A stretch of 64,000 nucleotides of DNA from a virus. Lineage: Duplodnaviria; Heunggongvirae; Uroviricota; Caudoviricetes. The stretch lies in the IMG/VR virus record IMGVR_UViG_2795385758_000004, positions 22,292-86,291 of that record; one strand, given 5' to 3'. Under the pieces are notes generated by a model, which searched no databases, was not told the origin of the DNA, and saw only the letters and a program-made list of their open reading frames with translations. This document shows positions 19,057 through 27,257 of the stretch, piece after piece (positions within the stretch are counted from its first letter, which is position 1; every line of letters starts with the position of its first letter). The translations under genes and the position numbers were made by a program.

Positions 19057-19947
19057 ATGTCACCTGTGAATAATGACACTGTCGTCTCAGAGTTTGCTCG
19101 TTATCTGAAGCTGAAGAACTTCACAGCTAAAACGATCGAGCACCGCTTGGGGCAGATTGCTAGATTAGCTAGATGGCTTGGGGAAACATCTTTGCTGGAG
19201 GCCACCCCGGAGCAGCTTGAGGCCTGGCAGGGTTCGTTGCGGGTGTGCCCGTCTAGCATCCAGACCTACACGTCGCATGTTTGCACCTTCTATCAGTGGG
19301 CCTACCGATGTGGGCGCACGAGCGAATACGTCGCAAAAGACTTGGTGCAACCGAAGATTCAGCGCCGTATGGCCCGGCCCATCCCCGAGGACCACTTGCG
19401 GATCGCGCTGACCGGCGCGCCTGTCGGGACTGACATCCATGCATGGCTGCTATTGGCCGGATACTGCGGTCTGCGCGCTGGGGAGATCGCGCAGATGTCA
19501 CGCAACGACTTTCGCCCCGATGAAGGCGGCGGCGCCTTCCTGACCGTGCACGGTAAGGGAGGGAAGCAACGCATCGTCCGAGTTGCCCCCGAGGTCATGC
19601 AACGTCTGGCAATTCAGCTGAGCCGACCCGGCACCATGTTCTGCCGTCCCCGCGGCGGGCCAGTCACACCCAACTACGTCTCGGTCGTGGGTGCGGAATT
19701 CCTAACCAATCTCGGGCTCCCGTACACGCTGCACACCCTGCGACACAGGTTCGCGACCGTGCTCGCCGACGAAGGCGCGGACCTCCGCGATATCCAGGAA
19801 TTGATGGGGCACGAGAGCCTGGCGACCACCATGCGGTACCTCGCTTACTCGACCCGACGTGGAGCGGCGTCCGTCGACTCGCTCGCGTCGCACTTGTGCC
19901 CCTCGCGGTCGTCGGCATCGAGAATGGAACAGCGCAGTCACAAGTAG
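19057..19947 (+). CDS. int: tyrosine recombinase / phage integrase (Xer-like, 296 aa)
   Basis: Homolog of integrase A with the same catalytic motifs (HTLRHRFAT, LMGHESLATTMRYL). Transcribed divergently from integrase A. Confidence 0.85.
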   Translation: MSPVNNDTVVSEFARYLKLKNFTAKTIEHRLGQIARLARWLGETSLLEATPEQLEAWQGSLRVCPSSIQTYTSHVCTFYQWAYRCGRTSEYVAKDLVQPKIQRRMARPIPEDHLRIALTGAPVGTDIHAWLLLAGYCGLRAGEIAQMSRNDFRPDEGGGAFLTVHGKGGKQRIVRVAPEVMQRLAIQLSRPGTMFCRPRGGPVTPNYVSVVGAEFLTNLGLPYTLHTLRHRFATVLADEGADLRDIQELMGHESLATTMRYLAYSTRRGAASVDSLASHLCPSRSSASRMEQRSHK

Positions 19948-20028
19948 GTGTCACATCTAGGAGGTCGGCCAGCGGGCACGAGGGGATGCCCATATGGTCT
20001 CCGAATGCCCGCTCGCCGGTCCCCCTGG

Positions 20029-20304
20029 ATGAATGAACGCGCCCAGTTGCTCGTGCGCTATCTCGCTGAGCAGCACGCCCTGAACATGACCGAGGCCATG
20101 GCGCGAGAGCGTATTTCGGCGAAAGTCGACCTGACCGCCGAGCTGATGGGCATCAGCCGGCAGTCGGCCAAGGCCTACGTCGATGAGGACTACGTGCGCC
20201 GGATGGCCGATAGCTTCGCGGCAGCGGTCCGAGACTTACAAGCTCGGTCACCGCGCCGTGGACTGAGAGCGGTGCCCGACCAGTCTGGAATCGCGACGGA
20301 ATAG
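20029..20304 (+). CDS. small hypothetical protein (possible regulator)
   Basis: ATG at 20029 follows the integrase. 91 aa, helical. No recognisable motif. Confidence 0.35.
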   Translation: MNERAQLLVRYLAEQHALNMTEAMARERISAKVDLTAELMGISRQSAKAYVDEDYVRRMADSFAAAVRDLQARSPRRGLRAVPDQSGIATE

Positions 20305-20401
20305 CAATAACCCTGCGCATGCCGCCGAAACGTGCAGGTCGGATGGGTATCGCTTCGCACTCCTATTGCGGTGGCAAACTCGGCGGCGATACCATCCGGC
20401 A

Positions 20402-20713
20402 ATGAGTGGAGGGGTCCTCGGGGTTTCGCCAGAAGAGTTGCAGCGGGTTTCGCGATTGGTCACCGCGACCGCAGGCGGTTTGGCGACGGAGCTGGATGCC
20501 CTCGACGCCGAGGTGTCGCGGTTTGTCGGCTCCGGTTGGTCTGGTGGGTCGGCGAGCGCGTTCACCACGCGGTGGTTCCAGTGGTACGAGGGCGCCAAGC
20601 TGGTACACCAGGGCCTTGCGCAGATGGGCAGCTTGTTGGCGAGCACCGGGGATGCGTTCGTGGGCCAGGATGCGGCCACCGCCGCCAACGTCAACGCCGC
20701 TGACGGAATGTAG
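20402..20713 (+). CDS. WXG100 family protein (EsxB/CFP-10-like)
   Basis: 103 aa carrying SGWSGGSASAF, a W-x-G motif. First gene of an Esx-like pair. Confidence 0.65.
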   Translation: MSGGVLGVSPEELQRVSRLVTATAGGLATELDALDAEVSRFVGSGWSGGSASAFTTRWFQWYEGAKLVHQGLAQMGSLLASTGDAFVGQDAATAANVNAADGM

Positions 20714-20722
20714 GGGGAGAAG

Positions 20723-21013
20723 ATGTCAGGTGAATTCGGCGTTGTGCCCGACGAGCTCATGCGGATCATCGAACGCATGGCAGAGGTTGAGCAGCGAGCC
20801 GAGGCGTCGATAGCGGCCATGGACACCGAGGTTCACAACCTGCACGCCACCTTCACAGGTGAAGCTGCCACGGCCCACACGCAGGCGCACGAGAAGTGGG
20901 CCAAGGGCGCCGAGCAGATGCGCGAAGCGCTCAAGGGCCTACGTAGCGCGAGCCACGCCGCGCACGGCAATTACACAGGCGCCGCTGCCAAGAACATGCA
21001 GAACTGGGCATAG
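20723..21013 (+). CDS. WXG100 family protein (EsxA/ESAT-6-like partner)
   Basis: 96 aa helical hairpin protein. Strong ribosome binding site GGGGGAGAAG. Carries KWAKG. Immediately downstream of the EsxB-like gene. Confidence 0.6.
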   Translation: MSGEFGVVPDELMRIIERMAEVEQRAEASIAAMDTEVHNLHATFTGEAATAHTQAHEKWAKGAEQMREALKGLRSASHAAHGNYTGAAAKNMQNWA

Positions 21014-21017
21014 CGCG

Positions 21018-22670
21018 ATGGCACCCCCGATTCATGTCGACCCGGTTGCCCTCGATGGCGCCGGTAGAACGGTCTCCAGCTCGGTGGGCGGGTGGGGCTC
21101 TGCGCTGTCGGCATTGCAGTCGGCGCTGTCGAGTTCGGCCGGTATGGGTGGGGATGACCCCGCCGGGATCGTGTTCGCGCGATCGTATGACTCGTCAGCC
21201 AAGGAACTCCTTGAGGCGATGGTGGACGTGTCCAACGGTGCCGGGCGGGCCGCTGACGGCATCCGGGCCTCGGCGACCAACTATTCGCGTGCCGAGGTGG
21301 CATCCAACATCGACGGCAAGGGCGGCGACCCACTGCCCGCCGCCTCACCCACTCCCGCGGTGAAGGCCGGGACCCCACCGTCTGCGGTGGGTAGCGATGT
21401 TGGCGACCCACCCGGTTGGTTCCTGGTGGAGCCGTTCATCGGAATGATTTGGCCCAATGGTGATTCGGCGAAGCTGCGCGCCGCTGGCGCCGCGTGGACG
21501 GCTGCCGGTGCGGCATTCACCGCTCAGCAGGCCGGACTAGCGGGGGCGCAGGCAACCGCGCAGGCCCAGCAGATCCCCGAAGGTCCCAAGATCGATAGCG
21601 CGTTCAAGACGATTGACGGTGCTGTCGGCGAGGTCGGCGGCATGTGCAGCACCATGGGCACCAAGCTCAACGACTACGCGGCCAAGATCGATACGGCGCA
21701 CGCATCGATACTGGACCTGTTGGCCCGCTTGGTAAATCCGCTGACCGGTGCCAAACAGGTCGTGGACTGGATTACCGGCGAAGACGACGACGAAATAAAG
21801 AAAATCGCCGCCGACATCCGCAACATCGTCAACCAGTTCAAGTCGGAAGTGCAGTCGCTCGCGCTGCTGCTGGCGCCGATCATCCAGGGCGCATCGATGG
21901 TCATCGACACCCTAAAGTCGTTGGTACAGATGCAGGTTGAGCTTTTCGGAAACGAGATATACAACACCGTGGCCCCGGTAGTGAACGCCACTGCATCCTT
22001 GGGGCAGGCCATGATCGACAACCCCGGCCAGACAATCCAGATGGCAGCTGGAGTCGGCATGATGGCGGTCGGCTACGACATGATGGCTGCGGCGGGCGTC
22101 GGTGAGGTCTTCACCGGTGGGGCCGCGACACCGGTCGCGGCGCCTGTCGCTGTTGCCGGGGCGGGCTTACTCGCTGGTGGCGCGGTCGTCGCCATACCGC
22201 CAGCCCTCGACCTCTCGAAAGAGGCTGCGGTCAACGGCGTGACGGTGATGGAGGCCCGGACTGGACGACCCGGCGAGGGCATCAACCGTGGCGACGACCG
22301 CGATTCCATCGGCACATTCACAGGCCGAGGCGGCACAGCCCGAGGATACGGTCGCCAACCAGAGGCAGAGGGTATCGATCGTTATCGGCGCGCTAACCCG
22401 GACGAATGGGTGAGCACTGAGCGTCGTAAGGCCAAGGTCGATGGGGTCGAGAATGGCCGCTACTACGATGGTTTGGCGCAGAAGTCAGACGGCACTTACA
22501 AAGGTATTGAGGTCAAATCCGGTGATGCCACACGCAATGCAGAGCAGCGAGCGTTCGACTCGGCCGTAACTCCAGAGAATCCGGCCTACGTTACGATCAC
22601 AAACAGGAGCGGGGAAGTCGAGACGGTGAAAGTCACTGAGGTAGAGGTAATTAAGGTGGCGGGCGAATGA
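21018..22670 (+). CDS. polymorphic toxin: N-terminal Esx/WXG-like secretion domain, Ala/Gly-rich linker, C-terminal putative PD-(D/E)xK-like nuclease domain
   Basis: ATG at 21018 lies 4 nt after the Esx gene stop. The track's upstream extension overlaps the Esx gene and was not used. The last roughly 120 aa are AT-richer and include SDGTYKGIEVKSGD, a D...ExK-like motif. The stop overlaps the start of the next gene. Confidence 0.6.
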   Translation: MAPPIHVDPVALDGAGRTVSSSVGGWGSALSALQSALSSSAGMGGDDPAGIVFARSYDSSAKELLEAMVDVSNGAGRAADGIRASATNYSRAEVASNIDGKGGDPLPAASPTPAVKAGTPPSAVGSDVGDPPGWFLVEPFIGMIWPNGDSAKLRAAGAAWTAAGAAFTAQQAGLAGAQATAQAQQIPEGPKIDSAFKTIDGAVGEVGGMCSTMGTKLNDYAAKIDTAHASILDLLARLVNPLTGAKQVVDWITGEDDDEIKKIAADIRNIVNQFKSEVQSLALLLAPIIQGASMVIDTLKSLVQMQVELFGNEIYNTVAPVVNATASLGQAMIDNPGQTIQMAAGVGMMAVGYDMMAAAGVGEVFTGGAATPVAAPVAVAGAGLLAGGAVVAIPPALDLSKEAAVNGVTVMEARTGRPGEGINRGDDRDSIGTFTGRGGTARGYGRQPEAEGIDRYRRANPDEWVSTERRKAKVDGVENGRYYDGLAQKSDGTYKGIEVKSGDATRNAEQRAFDSAVTPENPAYVTITNRSGEVETVKVTEVEVIKVAGE

Positions 22671-23167
22671 GTCTTGAGCGCAATGGTTTTCAGATGCATA
22701 CATACACTACCGACAAAGATTTCATTATGTGGATGGGCGCTGAGCCAGGGAAGGCGCACCGGCAGATCGAAATAAATATCAACTCGATCGGCGAAGATCG
22801 GGATGGTGTCGCAGACGTGGCGTTCTCGATCTATAAGGTCCCCGATGGCACTGAGTACGACGAGTTCCCATACCCTCATGAGTGGATTCAGACTTGCGGG
22901 GCCACCGCCGAGCGCCTGACCGTCGAAATCCGCCGGAAAGAGTCCGATGGCGTTCGGCGTATGTACACCATCGGACGGCCTTCTGCGGCAAATGAATCCG
23001 AGCAGTCAGAGACGGTCTACAACGGCGACAGTGAGTACCTGGTACGACCGTCAGAGGTCCTATCCGCCGCTGAAGCTATCGAGCTGTTCCAGCACTACTA
23101 CAACCACCTGGACGTTGCGCCGGGCTGGCACTTGCGCGAGCAACCCGAATTCGCCGACGCCGGGTAG
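22667..23167 (+). CDS. candidate immunity protein for the upstream toxin
   Basis: ATGA start/stop overlap with the toxin. 166 aa, acidic. Noticeably lower GC than the surroundings. Confidence 0.5.
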   Translation: MSLERNGFQMHTYTTDKDFIMWMGAEPGKAHRQIEININSIGEDRDGVADVAFSIYKVPDGTEYDEFPYPHEWIQTCGATAERLTVEIRRKESDGVRRMYTIGRPSAANESEQSETVYNGDSEYLVRPSEVLSAAEAIELFQHYYNHLDVAPGWHLREQPEFADAG

Positions 23168-23241
23168 GGGGCATGCCCGCCGCGATGTGAGCACTCCTGT
23201 AACCACTTCTGACCTGGGCGTGATCTTGTAATCTGCCGTCC

Positions 23242-23670
23242 ATGGCGAGAGAGATGGGCACCCCGGCGAAAGCGTTGTGGGTGTGTCTGGGGGTATTTGT
23301 CGGGCTGCTGGCGTTCATGGCGGCGTGCGCAATAGGGCTGTCGGGCCAATCCGGAAACGTTGGTGTGAGCGTTGAAGTGAGGCAAAAGTACGCGATCGAG
23401 ACATGCCAGTCCGCTCTCATGAAGCGCATGCGTGACCCTGAGAGTGCGAAGTTCGCCGATGAGGTGGCCCGTGAAGGCGTGGCGCATGGAGGTGGTCGCG
23501 ATCCCGAGTTGGACTACTCGCCCGACCGCGGTGATATTTACTTTACGGTGACGGGCAATGTCAACGCCAAGAACGCGTTTGGTGGTTACACGGGGATGCG
23601 TCCCTACACCTGCGATGCGGTGGTGGACAGAAACGGCACAACGCAAAGCCGGGCCCGCGTGCTGGATTAG
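23242..23670 (+). CDS. membrane-anchored / lipoprotein-like secreted protein
   Basis: N-terminal hydrophobic segment ending FMAAC looks like a lipobox. 142 aa. Last + strand gene before the convergent terminator. Confidence 0.4.
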   Translation: MAREMGTPAKALWVCLGVFVGLLAFMAACAIGLSGQSGNVGVSVEVRQKYAIETCQSALMKRMRDPESAKFADEVAREGVAHGGGRDPELDYSPDRGDIYFTVTGNVNAKNAFGGYTGMRPYTCDAVVDRNGTTQSRARVLD

Positions 23671-23690
23671 TGCACTAGAAACACGAATAG

Positions 23691-23730
23691 CGCCCCTCAC
23701 CGGGTCGGGGTGAGGGGCGTTATTTCGTTG
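23691..23730. terminator. stem-loop terminator (bidirectional) between convergent operons
   Basis: cgcccctcacc gggtcgg ggtgaggggcg followed by a T-rich tract. Confidence 0.55.
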
Positions 23731-23752
23731 GCCTGCAATCAGTGTGGGCTCT

Positions 23753-24004
23753 CTACACCTCGTCGACCAGCTCTGCTGGTAGTTCGGGTGTGGGCGTTTC
23801 GGGTCTGTGTTGTCGCGCCCAGCCCATCCATTCGCGGATGTGTCGGACGGCTGCGCGGAGTTTGTCACGATATTGGTCGCGCTGGCCTACGACGATGGCT
23901 AGTTGAGCTTCCAGGTCGCGGACTTTGCGCGAGGTGCGGGCTTGCCAGGCGCCCAGGATGGCGACGATGGCGCCGCCGACGGCTTGGATCTGGTCGGGGC
24001 TCAC
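23753..24004 (-). CDS. lysis-cassette membrane protein (1 TM + coiled coil), homolog of 14402..14653
   Basis: GTG overlaps the upstream TGA (GTGA). Contains AVGGAIVAILGAWQARTSRKVRDLEAQ. About 75% identical to the prophage A protein. Confidence 0.5.
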   Translation of the reverse strand: MSPDQIQAVGGAIVAILGAWQARTSRKVRDLEAQLAIVVGQRDQYRDKLRAAVRHIREWMGWARQHRPETPTPELPAELVDEV

Positions 24005-24297
24005 CGGCCGCTGCCCGCCACGAGCTTGAACAGGCTGGACGGTACGACCGCCTTGGTGGCCGAGGCGGTACCGGATCGGCCCAGCTTGATCGATGCCGCA
24101 GAGAAGATGAGCGATACCGCCAGCGTCCCGGCGCCGACATTGATACCGCTCTGCCAATCGATCTCGGTCAGGGCTGCGTTCACCGCGGCGTCGGCCAGGT
24201 TGGCGCCGACGATGAAGCCACCCGCGAACGTCTTGATAGCGCGCTCGGCAGCGTCAACGGCGGCGTCCTTGAGCCAGGGCGGGATGGTGATGTGCAT
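24001..24297 (-). CDS. holin-like membrane protein, unrelated in sequence to the holin of prophage A
   Basis: ATG at 24297 has a GAGAGGA ribosome binding site at the same spacing as in prophage A. 98 aa with hydrophobic glycine-zipper segments (GGFIVGANLADAAV, GAGTLAVSLIFSAA). Confidence 0.5.
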   Translation of the reverse strand: MHITIPPWLKDAAVDAAERAIKTFAGGFIVGANLADAAVNAALTEIDWQSGINVGAGTLAVSLIFSAASIKLGRSGTASATKAVVPSSLFKLVAGSGR

Positions 24298-24435
24298 GAC
24301 GGTCCTCTCGGCGGTTGGGTTGTGGATAACTGCGTTTGGGCAGTTCAGGGGGAGTTTTTTCGATGGCGCCATGGATAGGGAACGCTACGGTGTGGGGAGT
24401 CCCTGCGCGCTCTCCTCGCGCGGGGGCGGACTGAT

Positions 24436-25620
24436 CTACGCGGCTATGGCGGGGGTGCGGCTGGCCCAGTCGCGCACGTGCTGGATGGCGAGGCCGAGAT
24501 AGGTTTGGCCGGGCCAGACCTCGCGGTATTCGTATTGAATATGCGCGGCGGTCGGTGGGCTGGTGGTGACGAAACGCAGCGCGATCAAGGCGGCCTGCGC
24601 CGCGGCCGCGGGCCCGGTGAGCTTGTTGATATCGCCCCAGCCGAGTAGTCCCTGTAGACCGCCGAGCACCATGGGTAGGCCGAGCGCGGCGATACCGTTG
24701 GGGCCACCAGTGAGCGCGCCGAATATGGCGGGCAGCTCGACACCCAATGCCTTGGCGGCGATTTCGGGGATTTTGGGCAGGATGGCACCAGCGGCCCCGA
24801 GTGGGTCAGTGATCTGGAATGCGGTCACCATGTCGAAACAGTCGTCCATGATGTCCCCGACCACCCCGAGGGGGATGTTGCCGTACATGTCGCCAGGGTC
24901 GGTGAGCCAGCAGTGCCGGTAGTCGGTGACATCGCCGAACCGCCACGATGAAATACCCTGTCCCGCCAGGATTGGGCCGCCGTAGTAGCTGCCACCGTGG
25001 GGCCGGGTGGGGTCACCAAAGCTGAATGAGCACAGGTAGTTGTCCGGGTAGTGCTCGGCCAGCCACGCGCGGAACCGGGCGCCCGCGACCGCGCCGGCCG
25101 AGTATCCGCCGATGACAACCTTGATGTTGGGGTTGGCGCGGTAGCGCTCGGCGAAGATGCGTTGTGCGTCGGCCACGGCGATGTCGACGGCCTTGGCCAT
25201 CGAAATGTCGTTGATGCTGCCCGCGGCGCCGACCGGGAGTCCGCCCATGGTTGCGGCGAATTCGGGGTGCACTTCCTCAACGAGGTTGGCCACGGCCTGC
25301 ATGACGCGAGATACGTAGTCTTGGCCGATGACTCCTCCGGTGCCCCGGAACATTAGGCCCAGGTGGCGGTTGGCGGGCGGGGCCGGGGGCGCAATGCCCA
25401 GCGCGCGTAGGTCATCATCGGACACCTGCCCGGTGGGGATCTGGCCGGTGCGGCGCTGATATTCGGCGGCCCACAGGGCAGCGCGCGGCCCGAACTCGTC
25501 GGTGTCGCGGGGCAGCGGCCCCAGCAGCCGGGTGTACAGCGGCCCAAACCAGTCGTTCATCACGGCCCGCCACTGACGGACCGTTTCATTGCAGTCTCCG
25601 ATGCGGATCACTTGGACCAC
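24436..25620 (-). CDS. lysB: lysin B (mycolylarabinogalactan esterase)
   Basis: 394 aa with GGYSAGA, matching the GxSxG motif. About 95% identical to 12860..14044. Confidence 0.85.
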   Translation of the reverse strand: MVQVIRIGDCNETVRQWRAVMNDWFGPLYTRLLGPLPRDTDEFGPRAALWAAEYQRRTGQIPTGQVSDDDLRALGIAPPAPPANRHLGLMFRGTGGVIGQDYVSRVMQAVANLVEEVHPEFAATMGGLPVGAAGSINDISMAKAVDIAVADAQRIFAERYRANPNIKVVIGGYSAGAVAGARFRAWLAEHYPDNYLCSFSFGDPTRPHGGSYYGGPILAGQGISSWRFGDVTDYRHCWLTDPGDMYGNIPLGVVGDIMDDCFDMVTAFQITDPLGAAGAILPKIPEIAAKALGVELPAIFGALTGGPNGIAALGLPMVLGGLQGLLGWGDINKLTGPAAAAQAALIALRFVTTSPPTAAHIQYEYREVWPGQTYLGLAIQHVRDWASRTPAIAA

Positions 25621-26255
25621 ACCTTGTCGCGCAGCGTCATACCCTTCGATGCCCAGTCAGGATGTCCTGGCCCGAGTTGTTCGGCGATGTATTCAAGTAG
25701 CTTGCGGTCGGGAGCTTCTTGGACGAATTGCTGGTGTAGCACAATAGGATCGACCGCCGGGGGCTGCGCGGGCGCGTAGATGCCGAGGTATCCGGCGCGC
25801 AGCTTGGCGGCGAACGCGTCATTGCGCTTGTCGCCCTCGGGCCAGGCCATCTGGTAGTGCATCTCGTCGGGGCGCGACCAGTCGCGGCCCCAGAACACCG
25901 AGCCCTCGAACAGCGCCAGGCCCTTGCGGACCTTGGCCTGCGTGGCGGCATCCATCGTGTACCGCTGCCAGGGGTACTTGGGTGCCATCACGTCAACAGC
26001 GGTGCCTGCCAGGTGATTACTGTTGGCGACATCGTTTGTGGCCGACCAGCCCCACACGGGCGAGGTGATCTCTTCGACGTTGCGGTCATACCAGTACAGC
26101 CAGGCGCCCAGGATGGTCAGCGGGGCGCCCTTGCGCAGCGGTGCGGTATCGACGAGGTACAGCTCGTCGATGCGTACGATGTCGCATTCGTCCCGGTTGC
26201 ACATACGCCAACCGTTCTCGGACACCGTATTGCCGTATGCGGTGCGGAAACTCAT
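25608..26255 (-). CDS. lysA: lysin A, peptidase M15-like single-domain endolysin
   Basis: ATG at 26255 with AAAGGAAG ribosome binding site. SNHLAGTAVD ... DEMHY. About 90% identical to 12216..12872. Confidence 0.7.
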   Translation of the reverse strand: MSFRTAYGNTVSENGWRMCNRDECDIVRIDELYLVDTAPLRKGAPLTILGAWLYWYDRNVEEITSPVWGWSATNDVANSNHLAGTAVDVMAPKYPWQRYTMDAATQAKVRKGLALFEGSVFWGRDWSRPDEMHYQMAWPEGDKRNDAFAAKLRAGYLGIYAPAQPPAVDPIVLHQQFVQEAPDRKLLEYIAEQLGPGHPDWASKGMTLRDKVWSK

Positions 26256-26395
26256 CGGGTGTACTTCCTTTCGATGCGGGGGTCGATCTCTTGGGCGTAG
26301 GAGGACAGGCGGTCGGATGCCCACCAGCCCAGCCGGAATGAGATGGCGGCAAGTGCGGAGTAGAAGGCCGAGTGCTTGAGAAGCTGGCGGGCCAT
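26252..26395 (-). CDS. small single-TM membrane protein preceding lysin A
   Basis: 47 aa. MARQLLKHSAFYSALAAISFRLGWWASD is the homolog of 12073..12219. ATGA overlap with lysA. Confidence 0.4.
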   Translation of the reverse strand: MARQLLKHSAFYSALAAISFRLGWWASDRLSSYAQEIDPRIERKYTR

Positions 26396-26397
26396 GA

Positions 26398-26760
26398 CTA
26401 CACCCCCCAGAACTTGAATGTTGGTGTGACATCGACTTGTAACGGCTGCGATCCGTCGTTGACGGTCAGGGAGACCGGTAGTGCCTCGGTGCGCAGCAGG
26501 GTCGCGCCGTTGAACACGCCGTACCGGTTGATCACCGTGCCGTTGGCCACGGTGCCGCCAGGTACCGAGATGGTTACCAGCGAGCCGGTGGATGATGCCT
26601 TGTCGATGCCGGATTCGGTGACATCGACTGGGGTGGCCCAGGTGGTGTCGGCGTAGGCGGTGCCTACCCGGGTGGAACCGGCGAATAGCCCGATTCGGTT
26701 GCCGAGTGCGGTGATTGCGGCGCAGCAGGCGCGTCGGTGCGGTGCTTGGTATTCGGACAT
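26398..26760 (-). CDS. hypothetical protein (tail/lysis boundary)
   Basis: 120 aa ORF. Position-equivalent to 11693..12076. Confidence 0.4.
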   Translation of the reverse strand: MSEYQAPHRRACCAAITALGNRIGLFAGSTRVGTAYADTTWATPVDVTESGIDKASSTGSLVTISVPGGTVANGTVINRYGVFNGATLLRTEALPVSLTVNDGSQPLQVDVTPTFKFWGV

Positions 26761-26779
26761 GCGGGGGCCTTTCTGTTGG

Positions 26780-27235
26780 TTACGGGGTTTCCCAGGTGGT
26801 CCATCCGCTGATGCGCGGGGTGTATCCCAGCGCGACGTTGCGGGGTGATTCGGTCGTCCATTGGTGGTCTCTGTAAGGGGCGATGACGGATTTCAGGTAG
26901 GCGCATCCGAGTTGGCCCTCGATCATCAGGCCACCGAAGGGCTGGTAATCGCCTGTGATGACGTAGGTTTCGTTGACCTGGTACCAGAGGTAGCCCTCGG
27001 TGTTGGCCGGAAGGCTGCCGTCGTCAAAGTCTCAGATGGTGGTGTTGAGCTTGGGGACGTATTGCAGGAGGCATTCGCCGACGTTCGGGTCGTGTGGGGC
27101 CGCGTCGAGGTAGTAGTTTCCGTTGATCAGTCCGATTGCGCCGTCGTTCATGTAGATGTCGAAATAGGAGGTTTCGCGTCTGCTGTAGAAGTGGATTCGG
27201 AATGAGTAGTTGTCGATGTCGTTGGGGTTGGCCAT
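26780..27235 (-). pseudogene. hypothetical tail-region gene interrupted by an in-frame TGA (27032..27034)
   Basis: ATG at 27235 with GGAGGGA ribosome binding site. 67 codons then TGA. The same frame stays open for 83 more codons to TAA at 26780-26782. The distal part has no start codon of its own. Confidence 0.35.
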
Positions 27236-27257
27236 GTTTGGGTGATCCCTCCTGCGG

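Noticed and set aside
20859-21017. N-terminal extension of the polymorphic toxin B overlapping the EsxA-like gene
   Set aside because: It overlaps a well-supported gene. ATG 21018 sits 4 nt after that gene's stop.
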